Positions 41,801 through 53,669 of a stretch of DNA of 64,000 nt are shown in pieces; position 1 is the first letter of the stretch, and every line of letters begins with the position of its first letter. Source of the stretch: Mytilus trossulus (lineage: Eukaryota). The stretch is taken from NCBI RefSeq assembly GCF_036588685.1, contig NC_086380.1:1488001-1552000 (forward strand). The letters run 5' to 3'. The position numbers and the translations under genes were made by a program. The notes below the pieces were generated by a model. The model was not told the DNA's origin. It ran no database searches and worked only from the letters and a program-made list of their open reading frames with translations.

Positions 41801-42458
41801 CCCTCCACCTCAACTGCCAATTAAAATCTTATACCCTCCTCCCAAAATACAACCCAAAAACTTAAATCCTGTCCTCCTTATACCCATTTTAAAACCTTAA
41901 ACCCTCCACCTCACTTCATGCACTTGCACATCAAAAACTAAAACCCTCCAACTCACTTGCACATCAAAAACTTAAACCCTCCAACTCACTTGCACATCAA
42001 AATCTTAAACCCTCTTCCCAACATACAACCCAAACATGCCAAAAACTTAAACTCTGTCCTCCTTATACCCATTTGAAAACCTAAAACCCTCCACCTCATT
42101 TGCACATCAAAATCATATACTCTCCTCCCTACATACACCACAAATACTATCCCTACTGTTTCCCTAAGTTATGGCTGTTTTAGATAATTTTAACATTTTT
42201 AATATATATATGCACATGTATGCATGGTGTAATATATGTTAACTGCAAAGCATAGGGGCAATAACACTGTAAACTTTCTGATGCAATATCAGACACAATG
42301 CAGTTATATAATCAAATAACATGTACACAGTACATGTATAAGTACAAGATTTAAATAAACAAAACAAAATACACACAAACACATACATACACAAACATAA
42401 GATACTCAATAAAGTATTTACCTCCTGTATCTCCTTTAAGAAAACTTGTCCTGGTCAT
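32812..42458 (-). CDS. WSB1: WD repeat and SOCS box-containing protein 1, about 428 aa; exons 42458-42422, 40588-40408, 39784-39525, 38230-37998, 37422-37250, 36920-36807, 36132-36019, 32986-32812
   Basis: In-frame GT-AG joins (1287 nt total). Motifs AWSPDNTYFAW..GKVELVPW, several WD40 repeats and HMYPPPRPIFAAGAN. C-terminal SOCS box VARLQHLSRMVVRKHV...LRLPCRIKEYLKY. Confidence 0.93.
41490..42140. repeat. C-rich, about 33-bp minisatellite in a WSB1 intron
   Basis: Unit AAAAACTTAAACCCTCCAACTCACTTGCACATC with degenerate copies and a higher-order repeat. Confidence 0.9.
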
Positions 42459-45400
42459 TTTTTAAATTTCTCAACAAATGTACTCTTTACATGTAACTTT
42501 TTATAAACAATAACAACCTAATTCAGATAAAACACATATGACCTTGACACTGATCAGACAGAACCCACATGACATCGTTTGACTTTTATAAGTACTAAGA
42601 TAATACCAGTTTTATCAATGAAGTAGGTATTATTTTTATTAATGAACAATCCTTTACGGTTTTCTTGTTAGTAAACATACATACAGTTTTGACAGTTGTC
42701 CATCCCATGGCCATAACAATAAAATTAGATTTATATTTTTGGATATAAAAAAAGATGTGGTATGATTGCCATTGAGACAACTCTCCACAAGAGACCAAAA
42801 TGACACAGAAATTTACAAGTATAATACACTGTACTGCCTTCAACAATAAGCAAAGCATACCACATTATGAGTCAGCTATAAAAGGCACTGATATGACAAT
42901 TCAAACAAGAAAACTAACAATGTTTCTAAGAAGTTTGATGGTAGTGATTGAATGTCTGTAGAAATAGACACTACATGTAGGTATAGTAGATTTGCCAGCA
43001 CGAAGATCAAGAAAATGATGTATACAATTCTGCATAATTATTCTAAAAGTCTAAAAATATATCTAGATATAGGAAGATGTGGTATGAGTACCAATGAGAC
43101 AACTCTCCATCCAAGTAACAATTTATAATAGTAAACAATTATAGGTCAAGGTACAGCCTTCAACACAGAGCTTTGGCTAACAACCAACAGCAACTATAAA
43201 AGGGTCCTAATATATATTTAAAGAACACGTCAAATATCATATTTATTTTCCTTATGATAACTGATTATGAAAATATATCTTACTTCATCCCTCCCTGTCT
43301 ATGAATGTTGGCCAACTGACAATTCGATTACTCCAGGTCTTTACACTGAGTAAGTTTGAAAATAGTAGGTAGACTGATATCTTAGTTTTATTTGACAATC
43401 ATAGGTAAAGTTACTGATACATGTACATATAAGTTAGTTTGACAATACTATGTAAACTTACTAATATCATCAGAATCTATACACTGGAACCCAGAAGGTC
43501 TTGAAGAGGTGGTTCTCATTTATTAAGTTCTACTGTTTTATCCAATGATCTGAAATCATACAATGTTCAAATTTGTAAAAAAGTACTTCTAAGATGTACT
43601 GTACATATTAAATGTCATGAAAAAAATGCTTCTTACATTGAATGTACATGATGTATATATTACTTAGGCCATGGGAAAATAATTGATGGTTTCCCCTAAC
43701 CCGACCGGGTCATTCTTTAACCATGTTAACCGCCGGGTCATTAAATTTTTCTGTGAAATATTGGTCTTTGAAACTTGGAGTTTTTGCTGAAGACAGTTAC
43801 AAAAGGCGCAAATATTTTAAAGCTTTGAATGGCATGAATAGTCAAAATATATAATGTATACATACAAGTTGGGAATACTACATGTATCTTTATTCTGTCC
43901 CTATCATGAACATGATGAATGATGATTATTAAACTGTTGCTATTTTAAATCATATATATATATAATAATTAACTGTCATCATGGTCATGACTGTATATAT
44001 ATTACCACTCTCAAAATAAACAAAAGATACACATAGTATCCTGTTTCAAGATATATTTATATGTACATATTATTTATAATTATCATATATTTAGTAGTTG
44101 TTTGTGTAACACAATCAATGGGAATCTGCTGTTATAAAAATTATGAGCTACAAAAAGTAACCTGAGAAAAATTGTTAGACATGTCAAACATTTTTTGTCA
44201 AAACTTGAAAATTTTAGGGAATGTAAAAAAACCTTACATGCACTTATACCATGTATACAAGTAATTTTCAATAAAAATTAAGAGAAGATTAATCATTGTT
44301 AATCAAACATAATGTAAACAAAACAAAATTTACTAATTTATTTACGTCACATGTACTTAACATATATATTGTAATTTACTTTTATTATAGCTTGCTATTC
44401 AGCATGAGCCAAGGCACTGTGTTGAAGGTCATACTTAGACCTATAATGGTTTACTTATTACAAATTGTGACTTGAATGGAGAGTTGTCTCATTGGCATTC
44501 TTGCCACTATCTTCTTATATCTACATTTATTTGCAACTGTGACTGATATCCAGAGGCGGACTTGCCTCCTCTTTTTTTACTGTGAAAAAATTATTTGATT
44601 ATATAGGGAATCACTGGAGCATGACTGAATCAGTCCCACTCTCATCTGCTCTTAGGTAGTACTAGTCAGTGGTCCCCACATACATGTATGAAAATGTCTG
44701 GTTTCACCACTTTTAAAGGGTTCCAACTGAATGTCCCCATTCAAATGCATTGATCATCCAAAAAAGCAATCCGGATTCCCGCTCCCCACCCCATCCCACC
44801 TTGTATCTGCCACTACACATTTATTGGTATGTGTTAATCAAAATAATTACCCTTCGATGTCTAGCCTAAGTTTAATATTATACTACTAAAAAAAGAGTAA
44901 AGATTTTTCAAAGATAATTGAACAAATAGTGTCGAGTATTGAACATGTTGAACAAAATAGAAAGTACATAATTATATATTTTTTGGAAAACTGGAAATAG
45001 AATTAAAATTATAAAACACTTAAAAACATATATAAAGTAGTGTTCAAAGATTTAATTAATTGAAATGTCAGATTTCGTTTTTATCAAGTTCTGTTTACAT
45101 GTGCAATGATGTGTGAATAATAAAAATATTATGTAGGTCATCACCTCAGTGTCCTGAGAACTGTTGCCGGTTAAAGTTTGTGTTTATTTTTAAAAGATTT
45201 TAGAAATTTCATGGAACCAAGAATATGTATGTATTTTGAATGTCAAGGCTGTTATTCTCCTGATATTACAATTTCCGTCTGAAAATTCCCAGATTCTGAC
45301 AAAATATATTTTCATTTTAAATGTAAATAATTGAAATGAAAGACTTGTGACTTGAAAGTTTAATATCACATTATGACATTACTTGCAATTCGTTTGTTGT

Positions 45401-45720
45401 TTAGTGTCTACAGATTTTTAACTATGTTTTATCGACATAAATAAACAAACACATCTAACATGATAACCTGATATCTTACCAGCAATGTTTTTCTGTTTGT
45501 AGGTAAATGACCGAATTTTTGATTGATACTAAAGTGTTGATTTACTCATTGACACGTGACTAACTTATTGTGCGCTTCAAATAGGTGATTTTTAATGGTT
45601 AACAATCACCGATTTCAGCCGGAAAATTAGCGGTGGTTACCTGAGCGTTTTTTTTATCAGTTAGACGCTTGTAACTAATGTAAATGTATGGCGGTCTCTA
45701 ACGTTCTGACGTAAAACAAG

Positions 45721-48288
45721 ATGCCAACAAGATGTTGTGTCCCAGGATGTTCTGTGAGTGGTGGTCACAAATTCCCTTCAAATCCTGAGCTGTGTCTAAA
45801 GTGGAGGGTTGCCCTAAAAAGATCTGACCCCACCAAAGGTCTATGGAAACCGGGAAAGCACGACATTGTTTGTCATCAACATTTTACAGTAAATGATTAC
45901 AAGGAGACATTATTAGGTAAATTTTGTATGATCTACAGGTAGTTTATTTGCATTCTATTACTCTTAAAATTATCGGCATGCATTATAATGTCAGTAGTTG
46001 GATTTTTAGTGACCAGAAAGTGTTTTAGGGGGTGGAAGGTATACAATTTTTTTTTTTTTTTTTTTTTGTAAAACTAGCAGCATAAATGTATTGATGTATT
46101 AAAATAGCTTTGTATTGATATCAAAAGTTACATCAACTGTCCAAGCCTGTGTTTTACCTTTTCTATCACTATAATGTGTAATTTTTTTTATGAATAGTAT
46201 TTCTTAACACCTGTAAATTAATGTTCAAAGATCATGTATTTGGGCACAATCATTATCACAGCTGACTGACATATTGTTTCTGAATAAAAATATTGTTTTA
46301 GCATGAATTTTTGTGTTTTAAAGTTCGTGTTGCTTTGTGGTTTTGTTTTCCTTTTTTAGGAAGACTGTGCAAGTAAAGAGAATGTGAGTACAGCATTATT
46401 TAATGATAGAATAATATCCTTATCTTTTTAATAATAATATGATCATACATGTACTGTAACAATCAATGGAAAATTGGGATTAAAATAATTTCAGATAAAT
46501 AAAAAATAAATTAACTGTCAACTCCATAAATTGATGTTAATGAGACTTGAGAGTTACAAATGTATGTAAAAAATGTAAGTGGCTCATAATTTAAAATGAG
46601 CTGTTTGTTATCAATGAGTTGTTTTATTACATGAAAGTATCCACTTCAGGTTTCATAAGGCACAAATTGAAATGATTTAAACCTAAGAAATTGCCAACCA
46701 ACTCTACATTGAATACATAAATTATAAAAATAAGCAATTATGCATGATAGTCAAATTACAGCTTCAGCTTTGAGCCTTGACTCACACAACAAAGTTACTT
46801 AATTTGTAAATACATGTACCACCAATTATAGGTCACACCTGCAACATGGAGACTTGGTTTTTGCCATAGATAAACTTACTCAATGTCAGAGTGTGATTGG
46901 ATGTGGAACAAAGATTTCTTGTTTAACCCAATTAAATAAAATCTTAATAAGTCTTATTATTTATAAATGTATGTAAAGTAATACATGTATAGTGCTATCC
47001 CCACTGCAATATAAACAAAAATAATGCAGAATACATGTACAATGTACATGTAGATGGTAGTTATATTGCCAAAATAAAAAAAAAATGGTTTCCAAGCACA
47101 TGTGTGCAATATTTTTAAAATCAGTTTCATGCTTTGTTTCCAGGTGATCGAAGTAGACTAAAGGTAGATGCAGTACCATCAGTGTTTAGCTTTCGTCCCA
47201 AAATAAATATTGTAAGCCCTAGAGCTTTAAGAATGCAATCTAGAAAAGCCATGAGTGTGGACACAGCTCTTAACCAAGGAGTACAACAAGAGGTTGAAAT
47301 TGAGTCAACATCAAATAGTACTGATATTTCCTTACCTTCAGAGCCTGACGTACATGTACCCAAGGACATGCAGATCCAATGCGAGTTACTTGGTCGGTAT
47401 TCGATTGAGAGGTTTATGGACAATCCAAAGGCAGTTTCATTTTATACAGGTTTTAAATCTTATGAACATTTTATGTTCTTATTCCATGCACTAGGTCCTG
47501 CTGCATATGAGCTCAAATATAAATGTTCAACCCTTCATCCATCGGATCAGCTTTTTATAACATTGATTAAACTTAGATGTGCCAAAGAAGATGTAGAGTT
47601 ATCCTTGCTATTTGATTTATCTGTTTCAACCATTGCTAGGATTTTTAATACCTGGATTAACTTCCTTTATTTTCAATTGAATGAATTAAATATTTGGCCA
47701 TCAAGAGACATTGTTGATAAGCATATGCCAGTAGATTTTCATAGAAAATTTCCAAGGACGAGAGTTATTCTTGATGCTACCGAGATTCCTATCCAGAAAT
47801 CTCAAGACGTTAACATTCAGAGTGTGACTTGGTCATCCTACAAGCACAAAAATACTGTGAAAACTATGGTCGGGTGTACCCCAAGAGGTGCTATATCCTA
47901 TATTTCAGACTGCTATGGGGGATCTACCAGTGACAGGCAGATTATTGAAGACTCAAGTCTTTTAGATAATACCAGGTTTGAATCTGGGGATAGTATAATG
48001 GCGGATCGAGGCATAATGGTTCAAGACCTCTTTGCAAACAACGATGTGTATGTTAATACGCCTACAATGCTGAAAGGAAAATCACAACTAGAGCCAGAAG
48101 AAATTGTGAGGGATAGACGTGTTGCATCCAAGCGTATCCATATAGAACGTGTTATAGGATTAGCCAAACGTTTTAAAATTCTTAAGTCCGAACTTCCAAA
48201 CACCAAACTGTCATTAAGTAACAGAATTGTATTTGTTTGTTTTGCATTGACAAATTTCAAAAATGCAATTGTTGATAAATTTGCCTAG
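45721..48288 (+). CDS. THAP-HTH-DDE transposase, 446 aa (exons 45721-45916, 47144-48288)
   Basis: THAP domain CCVPGC..HKFP..W..VCHQHF..LKVDAVPSVF is split by the intron. HTH region DQLFITLIKLR..LSVSTIARIF. Catalytic motifs VILDATE, MADRG and RIHIERVIG. Confidence 0.93.
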
Positions 48289-48659
48289 ATTTTCAAAGGG
48301 TCCCATTTTTATATTTATATTGTAATTTAACCAAAGATAGTAAAATTGGCCTTATTTTCATAGTTCTAAAGTATACTCCTGAGATGTATCCACTAATTAC
48401 AAAAAATGTAATTATACTTTTTAACTAATTTTGGCGTGTGATAAATACATGTATGACATTTTCGGTACCTAATGCTCTTATTTCTTTGAGTATGTTTAAT
48501 TATTTTTTTATCAAGTTCAGCATTATTGGAGGAAAAGAGGGGGGATGTCATGAATTGAGAATTATCCATAAAAAGAGGGGGGGGGCTTCAATTGATTATA
48601 AATCAGAAGGGAGATAACAAATTAAACAATATAAAGTCTCAATAATTTTATTAATTTTT

Positions 48660-49662
48660 TTATAGTATTGAGGCAATATATGGCCTAAAGTGTTTGGAGT
48701 AAAACAATTCCATCTTTGGCAGCAGACAACCAACACAGTAGTCATGATTAATTCCAATTTTCTCAACAAAGAGGTCTTTGAATGTGTACACAATAAAATA
48801 ACAATGTTCTCTATTTGATAAAAATAGTTGACCCTGAATTTGGTCATAATAGTTTGATGATTTTTTTAATGTTATATTGTTATCTTTGTCATATTCCAAG
48901 AAAGAAAAATTAACACCTGGAACAATGCTCTCATCTCGTCCTGTATATGGACACTTCACCTCCACAACACAATCATCTCCAATTAAAGCGTCAGGGGAAG
49001 CTCCAAGAAATGGTTTGTCAGCAGATATAAACAGTCCACATGGTTGACATTTCATTTGAAACTTTTTTTCAAACTGTGTTATTGCCTTCTGCTCATACAT
49101 TTTACCATGCAATACAGACTTCACCTTTAAGAACTTTTGGGAACACAATGATTCACATAATTTTTGTATATTTCTCCTTGTGGTAATTTTTGAAATTTCT
49201 CCAAATCTAGATGCTGTAATCCTCCACTGTCTTAAATAAAACCATTTCTTATTGCTGGATTGTCCTCTTGACTCCTTTTCAGCCAATTTTGCCTGCTGTT
49301 CTGTAACCTAAAATAGTAGTGAAATCAGTATAAAATCTTGACGTTAAGAAATTTCCAACCTGTAAATGAAGAAAGCAGTTTTTTTTAATTTTTATATAGT
49401 TAAAAGATCTTAAAAGATTTCTAATATAGTTTATAAGATATATCTCATATAGTTTATAAGATATATCTCATATAGTTCATAAGATATCTCATAAAAATAA
49501 TATATGAGATATATCTTATAAACTATATTAAGATATTATAAACTACATAAGATATCCTATAAACTATGTAATATATCTTTAATATACACTATATAAGATA
49601 TATTAGACATTATATAAGATATCTTATAAACTATGTATATGATATCTCATATAGTTTATAAG

Positions 49663-49694
<32 letters not shown>

Positions 49695-52600
49695 CATGTA
49701 AGATAAGATTTATAAGATAACATAATTGATTATTTTTTATATATAAAGATAATTTATATAGTTTATAGGATATTTCATGAATTCAAGCAATCCTTTTTAT
49801 TTTATTCAGAAATAGAAACATTTATCCAATCATAAGATGTTTTTTTTATTGAAATACAAGTATTTTGGACCTAGGTACTGAATACACAGTCAAACATGTT
49901 TATAAAAGTGTGGAAACTATTCTGTTTTGAAAATTAAGTGAATAAAAACTGAATTATTTAGAGTACAACAATGATCAGTAAATTTTATGGTTAGTGGTAC
50001 CCTATATGCTATATGAAAGCTGAATATTTCTTATTTAGTGCTTATGAATTGTTAAACTTTAGCGTAAAAATATTTAAGGGTTTTTATAGATTAATATTTA
50101 TTGTACATGACCAGATATTTTGGAGTTTCCTTGTATTGGCAATGATTTACATATAAATTGATGAATCTTTCATCTTACCAGTAAAGCTCTATCGACCCAA
50201 TATTCAGCAAATGGTAATGGCAGGTAGGCATGATCAAGCTGGGCAGTCTGAAATACAAATTCAAAACTATATTAAAGAAGCCATGTGCATATAAAATCAA
50301 ACTACAATGCACATGATTTGAATTATTTTTTAAACATGGAGTTATCTACCTTTGACTAACAAAATTTATATCGATATACTACATACATTGTATTACAGTC
50401 AATTTGACAATATGAAAACTCAAGGCTACTTGCTTTCTTTACTTGATATATAGTTTTTTGGATTATTTAATACCAGTTACTTGAATTTACAAGAACAGTG
50501 TCATGTTTAAAAATAGAAAGGCAAGGTAAATTTTCCAAAAATCAAGAACATGCAAACTTTTTGTCTTTATTATGTGTATGATTCAAATAGGTTTATTAAT
50601 ATATATGACTATGTGAGTGTATAAGTTGTTAATGTTGTTTATTGTTAATTTTATTCTTTGTATTACCTTAAATTTGTTAATTCTATTTAAAATTAAAATA
50701 TTTTTCAAGTTTTTCTTGTTAACCATCAACTTCCATTGTACCTGTATATCAGCTGCAGGAAAAATATATCTCAGTGTAAGGTCTTGAGAAGATTGAGAGC
50801 AGAAGTTAATCATGGTGTTTCTGACATGGTCTGTAAACCCTTCCATATTTCTGTATTTCTGTGGTCTTGGGTCTTCTAATATTTCAGTTGGTTTTCTTTT
50901 AGCCAATTTTTCAATTTTCACTGGAGCACCTAAAATATTAAATAATTAAAAATGAACGAAAACAAGAGACAAAAACTCTAGTCAGAGGCATGGCGGAGAT
51001 ATTTTTTCTGAACCTTGACATGTTTCCATATATATGTTTAACTTTTTAGAACAATAATGACGTAAAACTTCTTGTACTGTTGATTTACGGTGGGACATAA
51101 GATATAAAGAAATGAAACTTGTTTATTCTCTCAATTCTTTGGTTATATAAATGGCTTTTACAGACAGTCAGTTAAAAGAAGTTACCATTGTAATATGTCT
51201 TTGGTTGTTGAAAAGTTTGTAGACCTTCTGTACATGACTTCTGTATTGAAATTTCTCCAGTATTAGAAAAAACATCAGCCATTAACAGCACTGCAGCTAC
51301 ATGCTTGCAGGTGGCGTTGGGACCCTTTCCTGCTGGACATTCACACTTAGAATTAACTGGGCTGCCAGATTTGTCAAGTTTGATGTGATAGTTGTAAGTT
51401 ACCTGCAAATAAAAAAAATAAGTGAAGCTTAATTTTAAAAACAAATCAGATGATTTTATTTGAGCATATATTGGTTTGGCAGAGCATTCACTCAATAAAA
51501 GTAAACTGAAAGAGATACAATAATGGTTATTGAAAAAGTATTACAGAGTATAATCATGAAAATTGGAAAACATGAAGCAGAAATCAATAACACTTATTTC
51601 ATCTTAGACATGGTTTGAGTTAAGCCTTTTTCATCTGATTTTTATGGTTCGTTCTTATGTTGTACTGTTATACCACTGTTTCAGGTTAGGGGAGGGATGG
51701 GATCCTGCCAAAATTTTTAACCTAACCACATTTTTTATGTATATGCCTGACCCAAGTCTGTAATTCAGTGGTTGTCGTTTGTTTTTCAATCATTTTTTTA
51801 TATAAACAAGGCTGACAGTTTTCTCATTTGAATTGTTTTACATTGTCTTATGGGATACTTTAATTACTTTTATAGCTGACTATGCAGTATGGGCTTTGCT
51901 CATTGTTGAAGGATGTACGGTGACCTATAGTTGTTGATGTCTGTGTAATTTTGGTCTTTTGTGGATAGTTGTCTCATTGGAAATCATACCACATCTTCTT
52001 TTTTTTGTATTATTTTCTCAAATAGAATATTCCACATTTAAGTTATAACACACGTTATATAAATGTTATAAGGATGGGACAAAACTGTTAATGATGCAAA
52101 CCTGTTTTTTCATGGCTGCCCCAACAATACCACTTAGGAAAATACCATCAACAAGGATAAGTACAGAACAAGCTAAGATTTTTTTCGCTTGTAGCAAATC
52201 TCTGCCTTTCTCCAATGCCTTTATGTCGCCATTCACCTGCTTATCACCTGTAAAAATAACAACATATATAAATAATATATAAATGATTTTAGGATTTTTA
52301 AATGAACATTTACTGGTGACAATTACAGAATTGTTTTAATATGGACGCCACTTTATTTTCAAAATGGTATTTTATATAGTTCGACTAAATCAAAATCTAT
52401 CATTATGTACCTTGTTTAAACACTTTTAATTTATTTACATTATGAGACATGATTGGCAAATGCAATATGTTTGTTTGGTAACTTTCACTTTAAAATACTT
52501 TACCACCATGGAGATACTAACCTGCTAATCTAAATAAAAAATAGCCATCAATTTGCTCTCTGGTTACTTTAGAAAATACCAATCTGTGATCTGCTATAAG

Positions 52601-53437
52601 CTGCTTATATCCATGTTTTGGCCATTCTATGTCTGTAGCTTCTGGAATTTCTATGAGGGGTGGTTTGAAGTTGTGATTTCTGTCATATGCAACCAGTCTA
52701 TAAGCATAATTATTAGTGTGTGAATTCAAAATTAAAACAATTTATTTCTATGTAATAATTAGGACATTTAAAATTTTTTTTTTTTATTTGGTTAAACTTT
52801 TGTTGCGAAGAATTTTAAAATATTTTATTATATTGATACTGTATCATACAGTATAAAAACAAGGATTTTTTTGCATGTTATTGTTTTGTTTATAAGTTTC
52901 ACAGGCCCTTGATTCTTTCACTTTCTATCCATGTTATTTAATAATATAAGAACATGGAAAGTAGACCTTCCAACTGATAGAAATAAGTGCATGTGATAAG
53001 ATTGTTCTATATTTCAACTTAATCAAATTGTTAAAAAAAGTACCCCTTTTAAGACCAAAAAAAAAGAAAAACGATTGACAAAATATCAATTCCAATTAAA
53101 CAAAATTATACTTCAGACATTTCCGCTTCTTTTGGTGCCAAGTTCATCAAAATCTAACATGGAATACCAAAAAAATATACTTTATATGAAATGTATACAA
53201 CAACTAAAAATTGACTATTACGTTTGTAAGTTATGACGTTTTTTCCACATACTCACTGTACTGTGGCAGACTTTAAAGTCGTTAGTATCCCATAAAATAT
53301 TGTGCAATTGACATGATTTAAGTCATCATATACCTATCAATCAGATCTGCCTTTCTGCCTGTGATTACTGCACCCTTAATACTCAGTTCTGCCTTCAATT
53401 TCGGGACGGTCCACAGAGGGTATTTTGCCGCCGCCAT
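48660..53437 (-). CDS. SAP-SWIM-YqaJ (lambda-exonuclease-like) protein, 515 aa; exons 53437-53334, 52697-52522, 52247-52102, 51402-51186, 50929-50742, 50247-50179, 49307-48660
   Basis: Seven exons join in frame (1548 nt). SAP motif WTVPKLKAELSIKGAVITGRKADLIDRL; SWIM motif CECPAGKGPNATCKH; YqaJ motifs RITASRFG, HGKMYE, GASPD, EVKCP and YYDQIQGQL. Confidence 0.9.
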
Positions 53438-53669
53438 AGTTTACATTAGATACAAGCGTCTCATTGAAAATAAAACGCACGCGTAACCACCGCTAACGTT
53501 TATGCGGATCCGACTTGTAAAATTACGTGATTGTTAACCAATTTTGGTTAACAATCACCGATTTCAGCCGGAAAATTAGCGGTGGTTACCTGAGCGTTTT
53601 TTTTATCAGTTAGACGCTTGTAACTAATGTAAATGTATGGCGGTCTCTAACGTTCTGACGTAAAACAAG

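Larger units (their letters stand above)
45597..53539 (+). mobile_element. ISL2EU-type DNA transposon (PIF/Harbinger-related), copy 1, 7943 bp, apparently intact
   Basis: 13-bp TIR GGTTAACAATCAC / GTGATTGTTAACC, with AT at 45595-45596. A THAP-DDE transposase plus a YqaJ exonuclease gene and an AT TSD are the defining ISL2EU features. Confidence 0.92.

Noticed and set aside
41634-41900. ORF with HLHIKNLNPPT repeats
   Set aside because: Translation of a 33-bp intronic minisatellite, antisense to WSB1.
48660-49307. YqaJ gene as evidence of a prophage or viral insertion
   Set aside because: It has spliceosomal introns and lies within TIRs beside a THAP-DDE transposase, as expected for ISL2EU.
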